Origin: a virus | DNA: 64,000 nt | Reading direction: 5' to 3' (one strand) | IMG/VR virus record: IMGVR_UViG_3300032297_000368 | Location: 17,470 to 81,469 of that record | Shown: one piece after another, positions 46,564 through 55,289 of the stretch | Position numbering within the stretch: the first letter of the stretch is position 1 | Layout: every line of letters starts with the position of its first letter | Position numbers and translations under genes: made by a program | The notes under the pieces: model-generated | Database searches by the model: none | What the model was told of the DNA's origin: nothing | Seen by the model: the letters and a program-made list of their open reading frames with translations, nothing else

Positions 46564-48882
46564 TTATACAGCTATTTCTTGTATGAAACGTGAGACCAGT
46601 ACTCGGTTTACCTGACGTTTTTTGTTATATTTACCAAAAGCACTTTTAAGTTTGCCTGCGGTAACATTACCGTTAATCTCCAACTCTTCGTTATCAATTT
46701 GTAAATTATCGCCACCAGCAATAAAGTAAAATTTACGGTAGCCAAAATTGTGTGATTCTAAGAATTTTTCAGTTTTCAATTCTTGCATTTTTTCTTTAAG
46801 AATCGGTGAATTTCTATATTCAGATTCATAGTGATGACGACCAGGTATTAATGTTTCATCAATCTTATCGATCAAAGTTTTTTTATCATCAAATCTAAAA
46901 TGACGGAACAAAGCATTTCTAGCTGATGAACCTTTCTCAGTGATAAAGAAAGCAAAAGTTTTAGCACCGGTGGTATCTGTTAACCACTGTAAAGCAGCAC
47001 CTGTCATATCGTTATCTTCACGTGATAACAGATAACTTTTTTTAGTTTTATTATCAGTAAGAATGACGTTTTCACGGTTAAGATTATAATAACTTTGAGG
47101 TTTATGTAGTGCTTTAGGATCACTTACATACCGATTAGTAGCATCAGCATCACCGTCTTGAATAAAAACAATATTCACCAAGTCTAAATTATTATTTTGT
47201 TTAAACGAATCTACAATAGGTTTTACCGCAAAAACAGTTTCATTAAATGGTGTTGCACTCAGTGTTTCTGTTGGCGGTAAACCACCATGAGCTCTGTTAT
47301 AATAACTATCAGGATTACTATAATCATAAAGGCTTCTGATATACAATAAATTTTTAACAGCCTTAGTATATTCACTACCGCTCATGCGAGAATTTAAATA
47401 CTCACGTAGGAAAACATCATCTAAGTATAAATCATTCAGATTGTTTTCAAAACATGGTGGTATGCTCTCATCAAAGTCAATAGAGTATTCTAATTTTCTA
47501 ACAACTTGAGCGTCACCAAAACCATAAACAATAAAAGGAATATTTACTTTACGGCAAAACATAGTTAAGATTAAAACCTGTTCGATAGAACCTGCCATAT
47601 TGTTTGACATTGAACCAGATTTATCTAACAGAATAACTAAGCCATGAGATTTACCTTTTGGTGTTTTTGTAAGTTTACGGAAGATAGAATCATCAAGTTT
47701 ATACTTGTAGATTTTACCCATGTCAAGATCACCACTGGTAGATAATTTAGTTTTAGCATAAGATTTTGCCGCTTTACGCATTTCAAATTCTTTTGCCAAT
47801 AGTGAAATGTATCTCTCATTCTTTTTCTTAAACTCATTTAATGAATCATTAGATTCGAGTACCGAAGCACCACGGTGTTCAATGACATAATTGGTAATAC
47901 CTGCATGTACTTTTTCAGCAGGTGTAATAATGTTTTTCAGATTAGGTGTTGGTACATTAATATAAACAAAAGGTTTAGATTCTTTTGATAACAATTCAGT
48001 TTCACGTAAACGGAAACTCTCATCGGTTTCACATGTAGGTTCGAATGAATTATTATCGTAAGATTCTTTATCACGATTTATTTCGGATGATTCTTCACCT
48101 TCCTCATCATCACCTTCACCGTCTTTAGCATTTAAAGGCTTACCATCTTCACCTTCATCACCCTCTTCATCACCATCACCTGTAGTGTCAGCATTAGATT
48201 CTTCACCGTACTCTGATTCGATCTCAGATTCGGAATCATAATCATCATCACCGTCACCTTCACTCAGGTCATAATCTTCTTGCAAATCTTTTAACAATTG
48301 CTGTTCTTGTTTTTCTTGCTGTTCTTGTTTAGAATATGCCCATACTTTATCAGTAACAGCAACAACATCTTCCCAAGTTTCACAAGCAAAAACTTCATCT
48401 ACCAGTTTTTGTTCTTCTGGTGTAAAATCTAAACCAGCAGTGGTGAATAAAGATTTAAAGTGTAAGTTTAAACGGTCGATAAAAAACAATTCACTTACAG
48501 GACGGCCTTTGATACCGAAAAAATCTTCTTGATTGAATTTTTCGTAGGCAGTTTTAAATGATTTTTTAAGACCGGGGTAACGGCGTTTAATTTTCTTTTC
48601 GATACGAGCATCTTCAATAACATTTAAGAAATGCTTGTAACCTTTACCTTTAGTACATACAGCATCATGCCAACCTTGTTGAGGTGTTTCAGTAGCATGG
48701 CCTACCTCATGACCTAACAAAAGATCATAAGTATCACCGCCCATATCTTTCCAGATGGGGCAAACTAATGTACGGTTTTTCAAATCGAAATACGCTGTTT
48801 GAACCTTAGCGTGTTGGACTGTAATATTTTCGGTGGCCATCAGCTTGGCCAATTGGGATTTAGACTCTACGGTAAATGTCAT
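46564..48882 (-). CDS. Metallopeptidase-like + vWA domain protein (CobT-like AAA partner)
   Basis: GHEVGH (HExxH), NVIEDARIE, acidic linker, LDKSGSM (MIDAS), TP, QDGD. Confidence 0.85.
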   Translation of the reverse strand: MTFTVESKSQLAKLMATENITVQHAKVQTAYFDLKNRTLVCPIWKDMGGDTYDLLLGHEVGHATETPQQGWHDAVCTKGKGYKHFLNVIEDARIEKKIKRRYPGLKKSFKTAYEKFNQEDFFGIKGRPVSELFFIDRLNLHFKSLFTTAGLDFTPEEQKLVDEVFACETWEDVVAVTDKVWAYSKQEQQEKQEQQLLKDLQEDYDLSEGDGDDDYDSESEIESEYGEESNADTTGDGDEEGDEGEDGKPLNAKDGEGDDEEGEESSEINRDKESYDNNSFEPTCETDESFRLRETELLSKESKPFVYINVPTPNLKNIITPAEKVHAGITNYVIEHRGASVLESNDSLNEFKKKNERYISLLAKEFEMRKAAKSYAKTKLSTSGDLDMGKIYKYKLDDSIFRKLTKTPKGKSHGLVILLDKSGSMSNNMAGSIEQVLILTMFCRKVNIPFIVYGFGDAQVVRKLEYSIDFDESIPPCFENNLNDLYLDDVFLREYLNSRMSGSEYTKAVKNLLYIRSLYDYSNPDSYYNRAHGGLPPTETLSATPFNETVFAVKPIVDSFKQNNNLDLVNIVFIQDGDADATNRYVSDPKALHKPQSYYNLNRENVILTDNKTKKSYLLSREDNDMTGAALQWLTDTTGAKTFAFFITEKGSSARNALFRHFRFDDKKTLIDKIDETLIPGRHHYESEYRNSPILKEKMQELKTEKFLESHNFGYRKFYFIAGGDNLQIDNEELEINGNVTAGKLKSAFGKYNKKRQVNRVLVSRFIQEIAV

Positions 48883-48898
48883 TTTGATAATCTCTCAT

Positions 48899-49105
48899 TT
48901 ATTCAGATTCTATTATATCATTTTCAAAAGAATAAGTCAAGTATTCCTGATATTCAGGTAACTTTTCAATCTCGGACATTATCTTTTTGATACCAAATTG
49001 ACGTATTGCACATTTGATATCTAAGATTGCATATTGATAACTGTTATCAATATGATATTCATCGTAAATCTGTTGTAATTTTGACATGTTTTCCTCACTG
49101 TTCAT
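48899..49105 (-). CDS. Small early hypothetical protein
   Basis: Downstream of an early promoter; GAGGA SD before the second Met. Confidence 0.55.
   Translation of the reverse strand: MNSEENMSKLQQIYDEYHIDNSYQYAILDIKCAIRQFGIKKIMSEIEKLPEYQEYLTYSFENDIIESE
48912..48940 (-). promoter_or_regulatory. Sigma70 early promoter (inside the 3' end of the small ORF)
   Basis: TTGACT-17-TATAAT with TG. Confidence 0.75.
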
Positions 49106-49111
49106 GTTACC

Positions 49112-49170
49112 ATTATACCAGAACCAGTGAGTAAGTCAATAGAAAAAGTGTTGTAAAAATACAACACTTT
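49112..49170 (-). promoter_or_regulatory. Sigma70 early promoter preceded by the palindrome AAAGTGTTGT-6-ACAACACTTT
   Basis: TTGACT-16-TATAAT (49112-49139); inverted repeat at 49145-49170. Confidence 0.75.
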
Positions 49171-49177
49171 GGGAAGA

Positions 49178-49243
49178 TGGAGCGGTGAGACTGATTCGCA
49201 CAATCGGACTAGGTTGGGCACCCAATCTGTTCTAAACCACCGC
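49178..49243 (-). tRNA. Atypical D-armless tRNA-Gly-like RNA with encoded CCA
   Basis: GCGGTGG TTTAGAAC AGATTGGGTGCCCAACCT AGTCC GATTG TGCGAAT CAGTC TCACCGC T CCA: 7-bp acceptor stem, U73, 5-bp T-stem with a 7-nt loop, GCC/CCC in the middle arm, no D-stem. Confidence 0.75.
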
Positions 49244-49250
49244 ATATTAA

Positions 49251-49288
49251 GCGGTGATTACTACATCTAATCACCGCATATACTTATA
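49251..49288 (-). promoter_or_regulatory. Late-promoter-like TATAAGTA and a 10-bp hairpin upstream of the tRNA-like gene
   Basis: TATAAGTA at 49281-49288; GCGGTGATTA/TAATCACCGC at 49251-49277. Confidence 0.5.
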
Positions 49289-49296
49289 TAGGCGTT

Positions 49297-50574
49297 TTAT
49301 CTGCCAACTTGAGGTAAATATTTCTCCTTACATTCTTCCCATGACAAATAAATTAAATCGTCATAGAAAAGAGTTTCATATGAAACATTATTCTTTTTGA
49401 TTAGTTGTTTGATACGACCTTTAACATGTTTTGTTTTCCACAATTCAGTCAAAGCCTGTTCACTATTATCAAACAGTTTAGTCATATCACCTTTATAATC
49501 GCCACGTAAAAATTCACATGTCTTATCAAATAATGGTGCAAAGTAAATACCTCTGTGGTGTTCTGCCTTAATTAATTCTTTTGGTACTTTTAATTTTGAA
49601 TATGTAAAGTTCAAAGAACGATTCTTGTGGTCACGTTTATATGGTTGACCAGAAGGTTTCTTTGCTGCGTACCATTCAAAGTATTTACGTGTATGATTAA
49701 CTTTCAACCACTCACGTACCTTATATCTTGTATTGCGTTCAGGTTCAAACGATACAGAACCAGAACTGAAACCCATCGGCAACCAATGATCTAGATTATC
49801 ATACTGAGACAAACCACCGGCCTTTGTACGACCATATAAAGATGTTGTAGTGACGCCAACAAGTTTATCTTTATATTGATTTTGCCATGTCTTCTCTACT
49901 GTATCAGATAAACAAAGCAATGCCAATAGTTTACCACCAACATAATTAAATCCTAGCGGTTGTAATGGCACAATAGTAGAACCAATAGCAGTGTGATTAA
50001 TCATGCCGCCTTGTGTTTTTAATTCTCTTTCCCAACCAATAAACTTATCACGAGGTGTTAAGTCTAAGAAATCTGAAGAGATACAAATAACACCGAGATA
50101 TTTCTTAGTTACTTTATCTTGTACAATAAAGTTTAAGTTTCTACCGATGTTAGAGTTGTTCTTCATGGTAGATGAGAATGTACGAATACAATTCCACAAT
50201 TCAGGAAGATTACTATCTTTTACATTTGTATATATCAGTGTCGGTTCAAGATTCAGATAATCTTCTGGTGATGTTGGCATCCAGATATTATCTTTAACAT
50301 GTTGTATCAACTCAGCCTGAGATTCATCTTGCAATACCTTTTTAGGACCTGACCATAGATCAGATACAATCATAGTAGGAAACTTTTCTTGAATCTCACA
50401 CCACTTCTGATATAGAATATACTCACGCACATCCATCTTAGAAATATACGACAAGTCTTCTTCTAAAGAAGTTTTAATATCTTCTTCACTATAATGTACA
50501 TAATTCTCAGGAGGATTTTCTCGTTGCCAATCATTCCACTGAGTTTCAATATCTTTAATTTGCTGTTTGCTCAT
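49297..50574 (-). CDS. DUF4338/DruA-like protein, paralog B
   Basis: IGRNLNFIV, VPLQPLGFNYVGGKLLA, TTTSLYG, SQYDN. Confidence 0.7.
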   Translation of the reverse strand: MSKQQIKDIETQWNDWQRENPPENYVHYSEEDIKTSLEEDLSYISKMDVREYILYQKWCEIQEKFPTMIVSDLWSGPKKVLQDESQAELIQHVKDNIWMPTSPEDYLNLEPTLIYTNVKDSNLPELWNCIRTFSSTMKNNSNIGRNLNFIVQDKVTKKYLGVICISSDFLDLTPRDKFIGWERELKTQGGMINHTAIGSTIVPLQPLGFNYVGGKLLALLCLSDTVEKTWQNQYKDKLVGVTTTSLYGRTKAGGLSQYDNLDHWLPMGFSSGSVSFEPERNTRYKVREWLKVNHTRKYFEWYAAKKPSGQPYKRDHKNRSLNFTYSKLKVPKELIKAEHHRGIYFAPLFDKTCEFLRGDYKGDMTKLFDNSEQALTELWKTKHVKGRIKQLIKKNNVSYETLFYDDLIYLSWEECKEKYLPQVGR

Positions 50575-51142
50575 TTAATCTTTTCTGTTTCTTCACATTG
50601 CGTTTAAGAGTTTTAATCAGTTTAGTTTGTCTCTGTCTTGCCATTTTCATTGCAAGTGGACCTACATGATCTTCTAATAAAACACCATTCATATGATCTA
50701 GTTCATGCATGAAGCATCGTGCAGTTATACCGGTCAATGACATCTTCTGTACTTGGCCATTAACATCAGTAAATTCAACATCGATAGTTGATGATCGTTT
50801 CACAGGAACAAAAAGACCTGGATAAGATAAACAACCTTCACGACTCTTATCAGTTTCATCAGACTCATCAATAACTTTAGGATTAATACACACTATGTTG
50901 AAGTCTTCGTAACCAATAACAAATACTCTTTCGGGAATACCACATTGATTTGCCGATAGACCAATACCATCATATAACTTACGTGTCATCTCTAAACGTT
51001 TAGCTAACTCATTCATTTTAGGGTTAGGCAAAGGCGAATCATATAGAGGCATTTTTTGCCTTAACATATGAAACTCGTCACCATAAACAGGTAAAGGTGT
51101 TATGTTTGGTTCTGTATTGATCGTTAAAATTTCACTCATCAT
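50555..51142 (-). CDS. def: Peptide deformylase
   Basis: GIGLSANQCG, EGCLS, HELDH. Confidence 0.95.
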   Translation of the reverse strand: MMSEILTINTEPNITPLPVYGDEFHMLRQKMPLYDSPLPNPKMNELAKRLEMTRKLYDGIGLSANQCGIPERVFVIGYEDFNIVCINPKVIDESDETDKSREGCLSYPGLFVPVKRSSTIDVEFTDVNGQVQKMSLTGITARCFMHELDHMNGVLLEDHVGPLAMKMARQRQTKLIKTLKRNVKKQKRLNEQTAN

Positions 51143-51915
51143 TCTATCCTTGGTTTATTATATAATGTTTCCAATATATGTTGTACTGGCCAATCTTCTC
51201 TACTATCGCATAATAATACATTAATGTCAAGCATTTCTCGCAAACACATCCGAACTGGAAAAGGAACACTTAAAGAATGCCTAGCAACATTGATAAAGGT
51301 TATCATTTTAGTTTGCATTTTCTGTACGTGCTTCTTCTTACACATGTAAGCCTTATTGTCACCTATAGCATACACTCGCCAGTTTTCATAATTGTATTTC
51401 GCCAGACTATATTCAATCGCAGCACTATTAACACCTGGATATTCATAATCATTGAAATCATCCAAGACAATAGTACCCTCATCATGCATGTGTTGAGTAA
51501 ATACTGTTAGATCATTCATCACCGCAGAATGCTCATGACAACCATCGATATGTAATAGTCTTAAAGGTTTATCAAAAAATATTATTTCATCATCTAATTT
51601 TGTGGTATCTTGTAATCTCCATACCAACAAGTTTTCTTCACCAGAAAATTTACGTATATTTCTTTCAGCCTCTATTCTAGATATTTCACTAAAGATATCA
51701 TACAGATATAATCTATCTGTTTTCTTTTTAAAATTAGATAATGCTATGGCACTTTTACCATAAGCTACACCAATTTCACAAAGATCACCTGGAATATTTT
51801 GTTGTATGTCATTAAGTAAGCCGTATAACATAACAATGTCAATTGGATAAAACCAACCAGGAACTTCTTTGTCGATCACTTCTTTAAAGTGAGTTAAGTA
51901 TTCTTTAAAATTCAT
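51139..51915 (-). CDS. Class I SAM-dependent methyltransferase (Methyltransf_24-like)
   Basis: GDLCEIGVAYGKS, LHIDGCH, VLDDF...PGV. Confidence 0.85.
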   Translation of the reverse strand: MNFKEYLTHFKEVIDKEVPGWFYPIDIVMLYGLLNDIQQNIPGDLCEIGVAYGKSAIALSNFKKKTDRLYLYDIFSEISRIEAERNIRKFSGEENLLVWRLQDTTKLDDEIIFFDKPLRLLHIDGCHEHSAVMNDLTVFTQHMHDEGTIVLDDFNDYEYPGVNSAAIEYSLAKYNYENWRVYAIGDNKAYMCKKKHVQKMQTKMITFINVARHSLSVPFPVRMCLREMLDINVLLCDSREDWPVQHILETLYNKPRIE

Positions 51916-53624
51916 TTTGCTATCCTTGAAAAGTTCTTTATCTTTTCGAATCGAACCACATTTCTAAATTTGTCCTGCAATACATCACCTTTGTGTGATA
52001 TGACAAACAGGTTAACATCTTCAAGCATTTGTAATATGTTCATCAAGTATTCGGTACCGTTTACATCTAGTGAAGAATCAAATACTTCATCAAGTATTAA
52101 TAGATTAGTGTTCGTAGAGTTTTTAAGTTTTGCCACAGCACGCCAAGTTAATAATAGTGCCATATCAATACGTTGTTTCTCACCTTCACTGAAAGATGCA
52201 TAACTGAATTCATCACGATGACGAGACTTGATTGTTTCTTTAAACGATTCGTCTAGGTTAAAATTAACAAAGAAATCCAAAGATGATAAATACTTATTTA
52301 CCAGTTTATTAATTATAGGTAAGTATTGTTTAATAATTTTGGTTTTAATTCCCGTATCTCTTAACAAACTCATTGCGACTTCAAAATATGTTTTCTCTAG
52401 GATCAATTCTCTCAGTTCTACTTCCAATTGGCCAAGCTGTAATTTTAGTTGCTCTAGTTTGGTATTTTCTTCGTGACCTTGGTTGGTAGAATTCTGAAGT
52501 TCTTGTATTAACTTTTGCAGTTTAGAAATATATTTGTTGATGCCACTAATTGATGCATTAATGGTGGCAATTTCAACTTGAAGTTTCTGAATTTCTTTTT
52601 GTTTATCAGTTATCTCAGTTAACTTAGTTTGCTCTTCAAGTAACTTACTTCCTAAAGCAGCAAGACCTGATTCAGCTTCTGTTATCTTTGTGTTGATATG
52701 ATTACATTCTCTCTCTTTAATCTCAGTTGCAATTTCTTGCCTACATGTAGGACAGTTATCATTCTGTGAAAAGAATTCAATATCTTTATTAAACTTACCA
52801 ATATTGTTTTCAATCTGAGATTCTAGTTTAACAATCTTTTTAATCTTACCTTCAATTTCAGTTTTGTTGGCAGTAGATTCGGTTAATGTATCTATTGTAG
52901 TCATAATCGATTGACTAGATTCTAATAGAGTTTGTAATGCGGTATTATTAGTTTCTATTTCAGATTCATACTCTTTTACTTTCTGTTCATCATTCTGTTT
53001 AGCAGATTCTAAATGTTCTTTCTTTAGATTGTACTCTTGTGTTTTGAGTTCGATATCTGATTTCTTTGTAGTGATAGAATCTTTATTAACCGACATTCGA
53101 TCTTTGACAATAGAATTCATTGTTGAAAAGATTTGAATGTCTAATAAATCTTCAATGATTGCTCTACGATCAGATGACGATAATTGCATGAAAGGTGTGA
53201 ATGATGCACTACCTAAAATGACAATCTGAGTAAATGATTTATAGTTTAATTTGAGTATGTTACGTTCGAGATGTTCTTGGTAATCTCTACTAGCCGCATC
53301 TTGATTGATTAAGATACCGTCTTGATATATTTCAAAAATGTTGGGCTTAATACCACGAACGATTCTATATGACTTAGCATTGACCTCGAAAGTAATTTCA
53401 ACAACACCGTCTTTCTGATTGATAGAATTTAACAGTTGAGGTTTATTGATATTACGAAATGGTTTACCAAACAAAGCAAAACACAATGCATCAAGCATCG
53501 TAGATTTACCAGAACCGTTTTCACCAACAACAAGTGTGTTGGTATATTCATCAAGTCTTAACTCAGTGAAATAGTTGCCAGTACTTAAAAAGTTTTTCCA
53601 TTTAATGGTTCTAAAAACAATCAT
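51912..53624 (-). CDS. gp46: Recombination ATPase subunit (gp46, SbcC/Rad50-like)
   Basis: GENGSGKS, CPTC hook, FSEGEK, LDEVFD. Confidence 0.97.
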   Translation of the reverse strand: MIVFRTIKWKNFLSTGNYFTELRLDEYTNTLVVGENGSGKSTMLDALCFALFGKPFRNINKPQLLNSINQKDGVVEITFEVNAKSYRIVRGIKPNIFEIYQDGILINQDAASRDYQEHLERNILKLNYKSFTQIVILGSASFTPFMQLSSSDRRAIIEDLLDIQIFSTMNSIVKDRMSVNKDSITTKKSDIELKTQEYNLKKEHLESAKQNDEQKVKEYESEIETNNTALQTLLESSQSIMTTIDTLTESTANKTEIEGKIKKIVKLESQIENNIGKFNKDIEFFSQNDNCPTCRQEIATEIKERECNHINTKITEAESGLAALGSKLLEEQTKLTEITDKQKEIQKLQVEIATINASISGINKYISKLQKLIQELQNSTNQGHEENTKLEQLKLQLGQLEVELRELILEKTYFEVAMSLLRDTGIKTKIIKQYLPIINKLVNKYLSSLDFFVNFNLDESFKETIKSRHRDEFSYASFSEGEKQRIDMALLLTWRAVAKLKNSTNTNLLILDEVFDSSLDVNGTEYLMNILQMLEDVNLFVISHKGDVLQDKFRNVVRFEKIKNFSRIAK

Positions 53625-54691
53625 TCTGTAGTTTCAGTATTTAAAGCTTCAACGTATAATTCACGCATCAGTGTTTTGAGTTTATCAGGTTCTACATTCA
53701 AAGGTAGATTATCAATATACTTAGACAATATGGTCATTGTATCTTCTGCTTGATCTACAATATCATCATCAACTTCAGAAGTTACATCATTAAAATCTTC
53801 TACAATAGAAATATCATATATGCCTGTTTTGTATAAGTTATCTAATACATTATCAAACAGGTAAGGATTATTCTTATTGATTACTACAACTTTCAAATAA
53901 GTTTCTTTGTAGTCATTGTAATTAAAGTTTTTCCAATAATCAAAGTCTTGCGATTCATCATTGTAAAATACTTTACGAAACATTGTGTAAGGATTTTTAA
54001 TGAATGATAGTGAACGATCTTCAGTATCAAAGATATGAAAACCTCTTTCATCATCAAAATCTGCCCATGTCATTTCACCAGGTGTTCCTACGTAAGTAAT
54101 ATTATCTGCGGTAGATTTATGGTGAAAATGTCCACTTAACACTATATCATACTTGTTTAATTTGGTTCTGTCAAGGCCACCTTGATGAACATTGCCTCGA
54201 TCCATTTCAAAGCCATCAATCTCAAAATGTCCCATACAAATTTGAGATTTGGTATTAGTCATGTGTTTGAGTATTTCTTCCTCATTCTCATCACATATCC
54301 AAGGAACAAAATCGATAGGCACACCATCAAACTCTTCGGTACAGTATTTGGATATAAGCTTCACATTGTCATAATCTTTCAGTAATAAACCGGTAGAGTT
54401 AACTTCTAATGTGTTCTTATAGGCAATATCGTGATTACCTAATAACGTATAGAACTGTATGTTATTGTCTTTAAGTTTATCGAAAAAGTATTTACGAGCT
54501 AGGTGTAATGAATTAAAATTGATAAACTTTCTACGGTCAAATAGATCACCTAATTGAATTACCGTATCAATATTATTTTCTTTCAAATACGGAAAGAATA
54601 CTTTGGTATAGAACAAAGCATAATGTTTATGAAAGTGTAAAGAGTCTCCACGCATACCAAAATGCGTATCACCTAATATAGCTATCTTCAT
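53621..54691 (-). CDS. gp47: Recombination nuclease subunit (gp47, Mre11-like)
   Basis: GDTHFG, GDLFD, GNHD, SGHFH. Confidence 0.97.
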   Translation of the reverse strand: MKIAILGDTHFGMRGDSLHFHKHYALFYTKVFFPYLKENNIDTVIQLGDLFDRRKFINFNSLHLARKYFFDKLKDNNIQFYTLLGNHDIAYKNTLEVNSTGLLLKDYDNVKLISKYCTEEFDGVPIDFVPWICDENEEEILKHMTNTKSQICMGHFEIDGFEMDRGNVHQGGLDRTKLNKYDIVLSGHFHHKSTADNITYVGTPGEMTWADFDDERGFHIFDTEDRSLSFIKNPYTMFRKVFYNDESQDFDYWKNFNYNDYKETYLKVVVINKNNPYLFDNVLDNLYKTGIYDISIVEDFNDVTSEVDDDIVDQAEDTMTILSKYIDNLPLNVEPDKLKTLMRELYVEALNTETTE

Positions 54692-55224
54692 GTTAAATCG
54701 TCTTCAATGGTAGGAGTTTCGTCCTTCTTTGCCTTTTTATTCTTTCGGTTTTCTTCAAAGTTGTGTATAAATTCGGAAATGTTTTCATATAATTCAAATT
54801 GTTTACTCATACCGTCATCATCGGTATAGAATTCACCTTCATCAAAAATACCAAACTGTTCAGTTGCCTTATACTTAACGTAGAGTTGTTTCTTCTCTTT
54901 CATAATTCTACGCAAGAAAGCATAATATATTATTTGAGTAAAATAAGCAAATGGATTTTTCGATTTATCCGGATTAAAGTTATGAAAGTACATTAGGCAA
55001 TTCTCAATGCCATCTGATATCATCTCATCTCGGAAAGAATATGATATAAAATTGGGTTTTCTAGAAAGATGATCTGCAATCTTTAGAAAACATTCACCAA
55101 TATAATTTGGTATCTGAGGAGGTGGTAGATTAGATTCTTTGTTAGCATCACAAGCTGTTCTATAATCTATTAGTGCCTTTAAGAAATCGGCATTGTTCAC
55201 ATAATGTTTTGGTTGTTTACTCAT
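54688..55224 (-). CDS. gp55: Late-transcription sigma factor (gp55)
   Basis: HYVNNADF, EMISDGIENC, NPFAYFTQIIYYAFLRRI; start set at MSKQPK, which has an AAGGTG SD. Confidence 0.96.
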   Translation of the reverse strand: MSKQPKHYVNNADFLKALIDYRTACDANKESNLPPPQIPNYIGECFLKIADHLSRKPNFISYSFRDEMISDGIENCLMYFHNFNPDKSKNPFAYFTQIIYYAFLRRIMKEKKQLYVKYKATEQFGIFDEGEFYTDDDGMSKQFELYENISEFIHNFEENRKNKKAKKDETPTIEDDLT

Positions 55225-55289
55225 ATTCACCTTATTTTCAGTTGACAAACGGCTTGACAGGTGTTAGACTGGCGGTGTTCCGTTAGATA

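Noticed and set aside
45305-48882. Cobalamin biosynthesis genes (cobS/cobT)
   Set aside because: No cobN or other cob genes; the architecture fits a generic MoxR-vWA pair.
49178-49243. tRNA fragment as an attP site
   Set aside because: Both the 5' and 3' acceptor strands are present and paired, and this lytic T4-like segment has no integrase.
30082-50574. A complete Druantia defence system
   Set aside because: Only DruA-like genes are present, dispersed; there is no DruE-type large helicase or operon.
51139-51915. Capsid-targeting-like N-terminus (MNFKEYLTHF) on the methyltransferase
   Set aside because: It lacks the Glu at the cleavage position and lies in the gp46 replication operon; probably coincidental.
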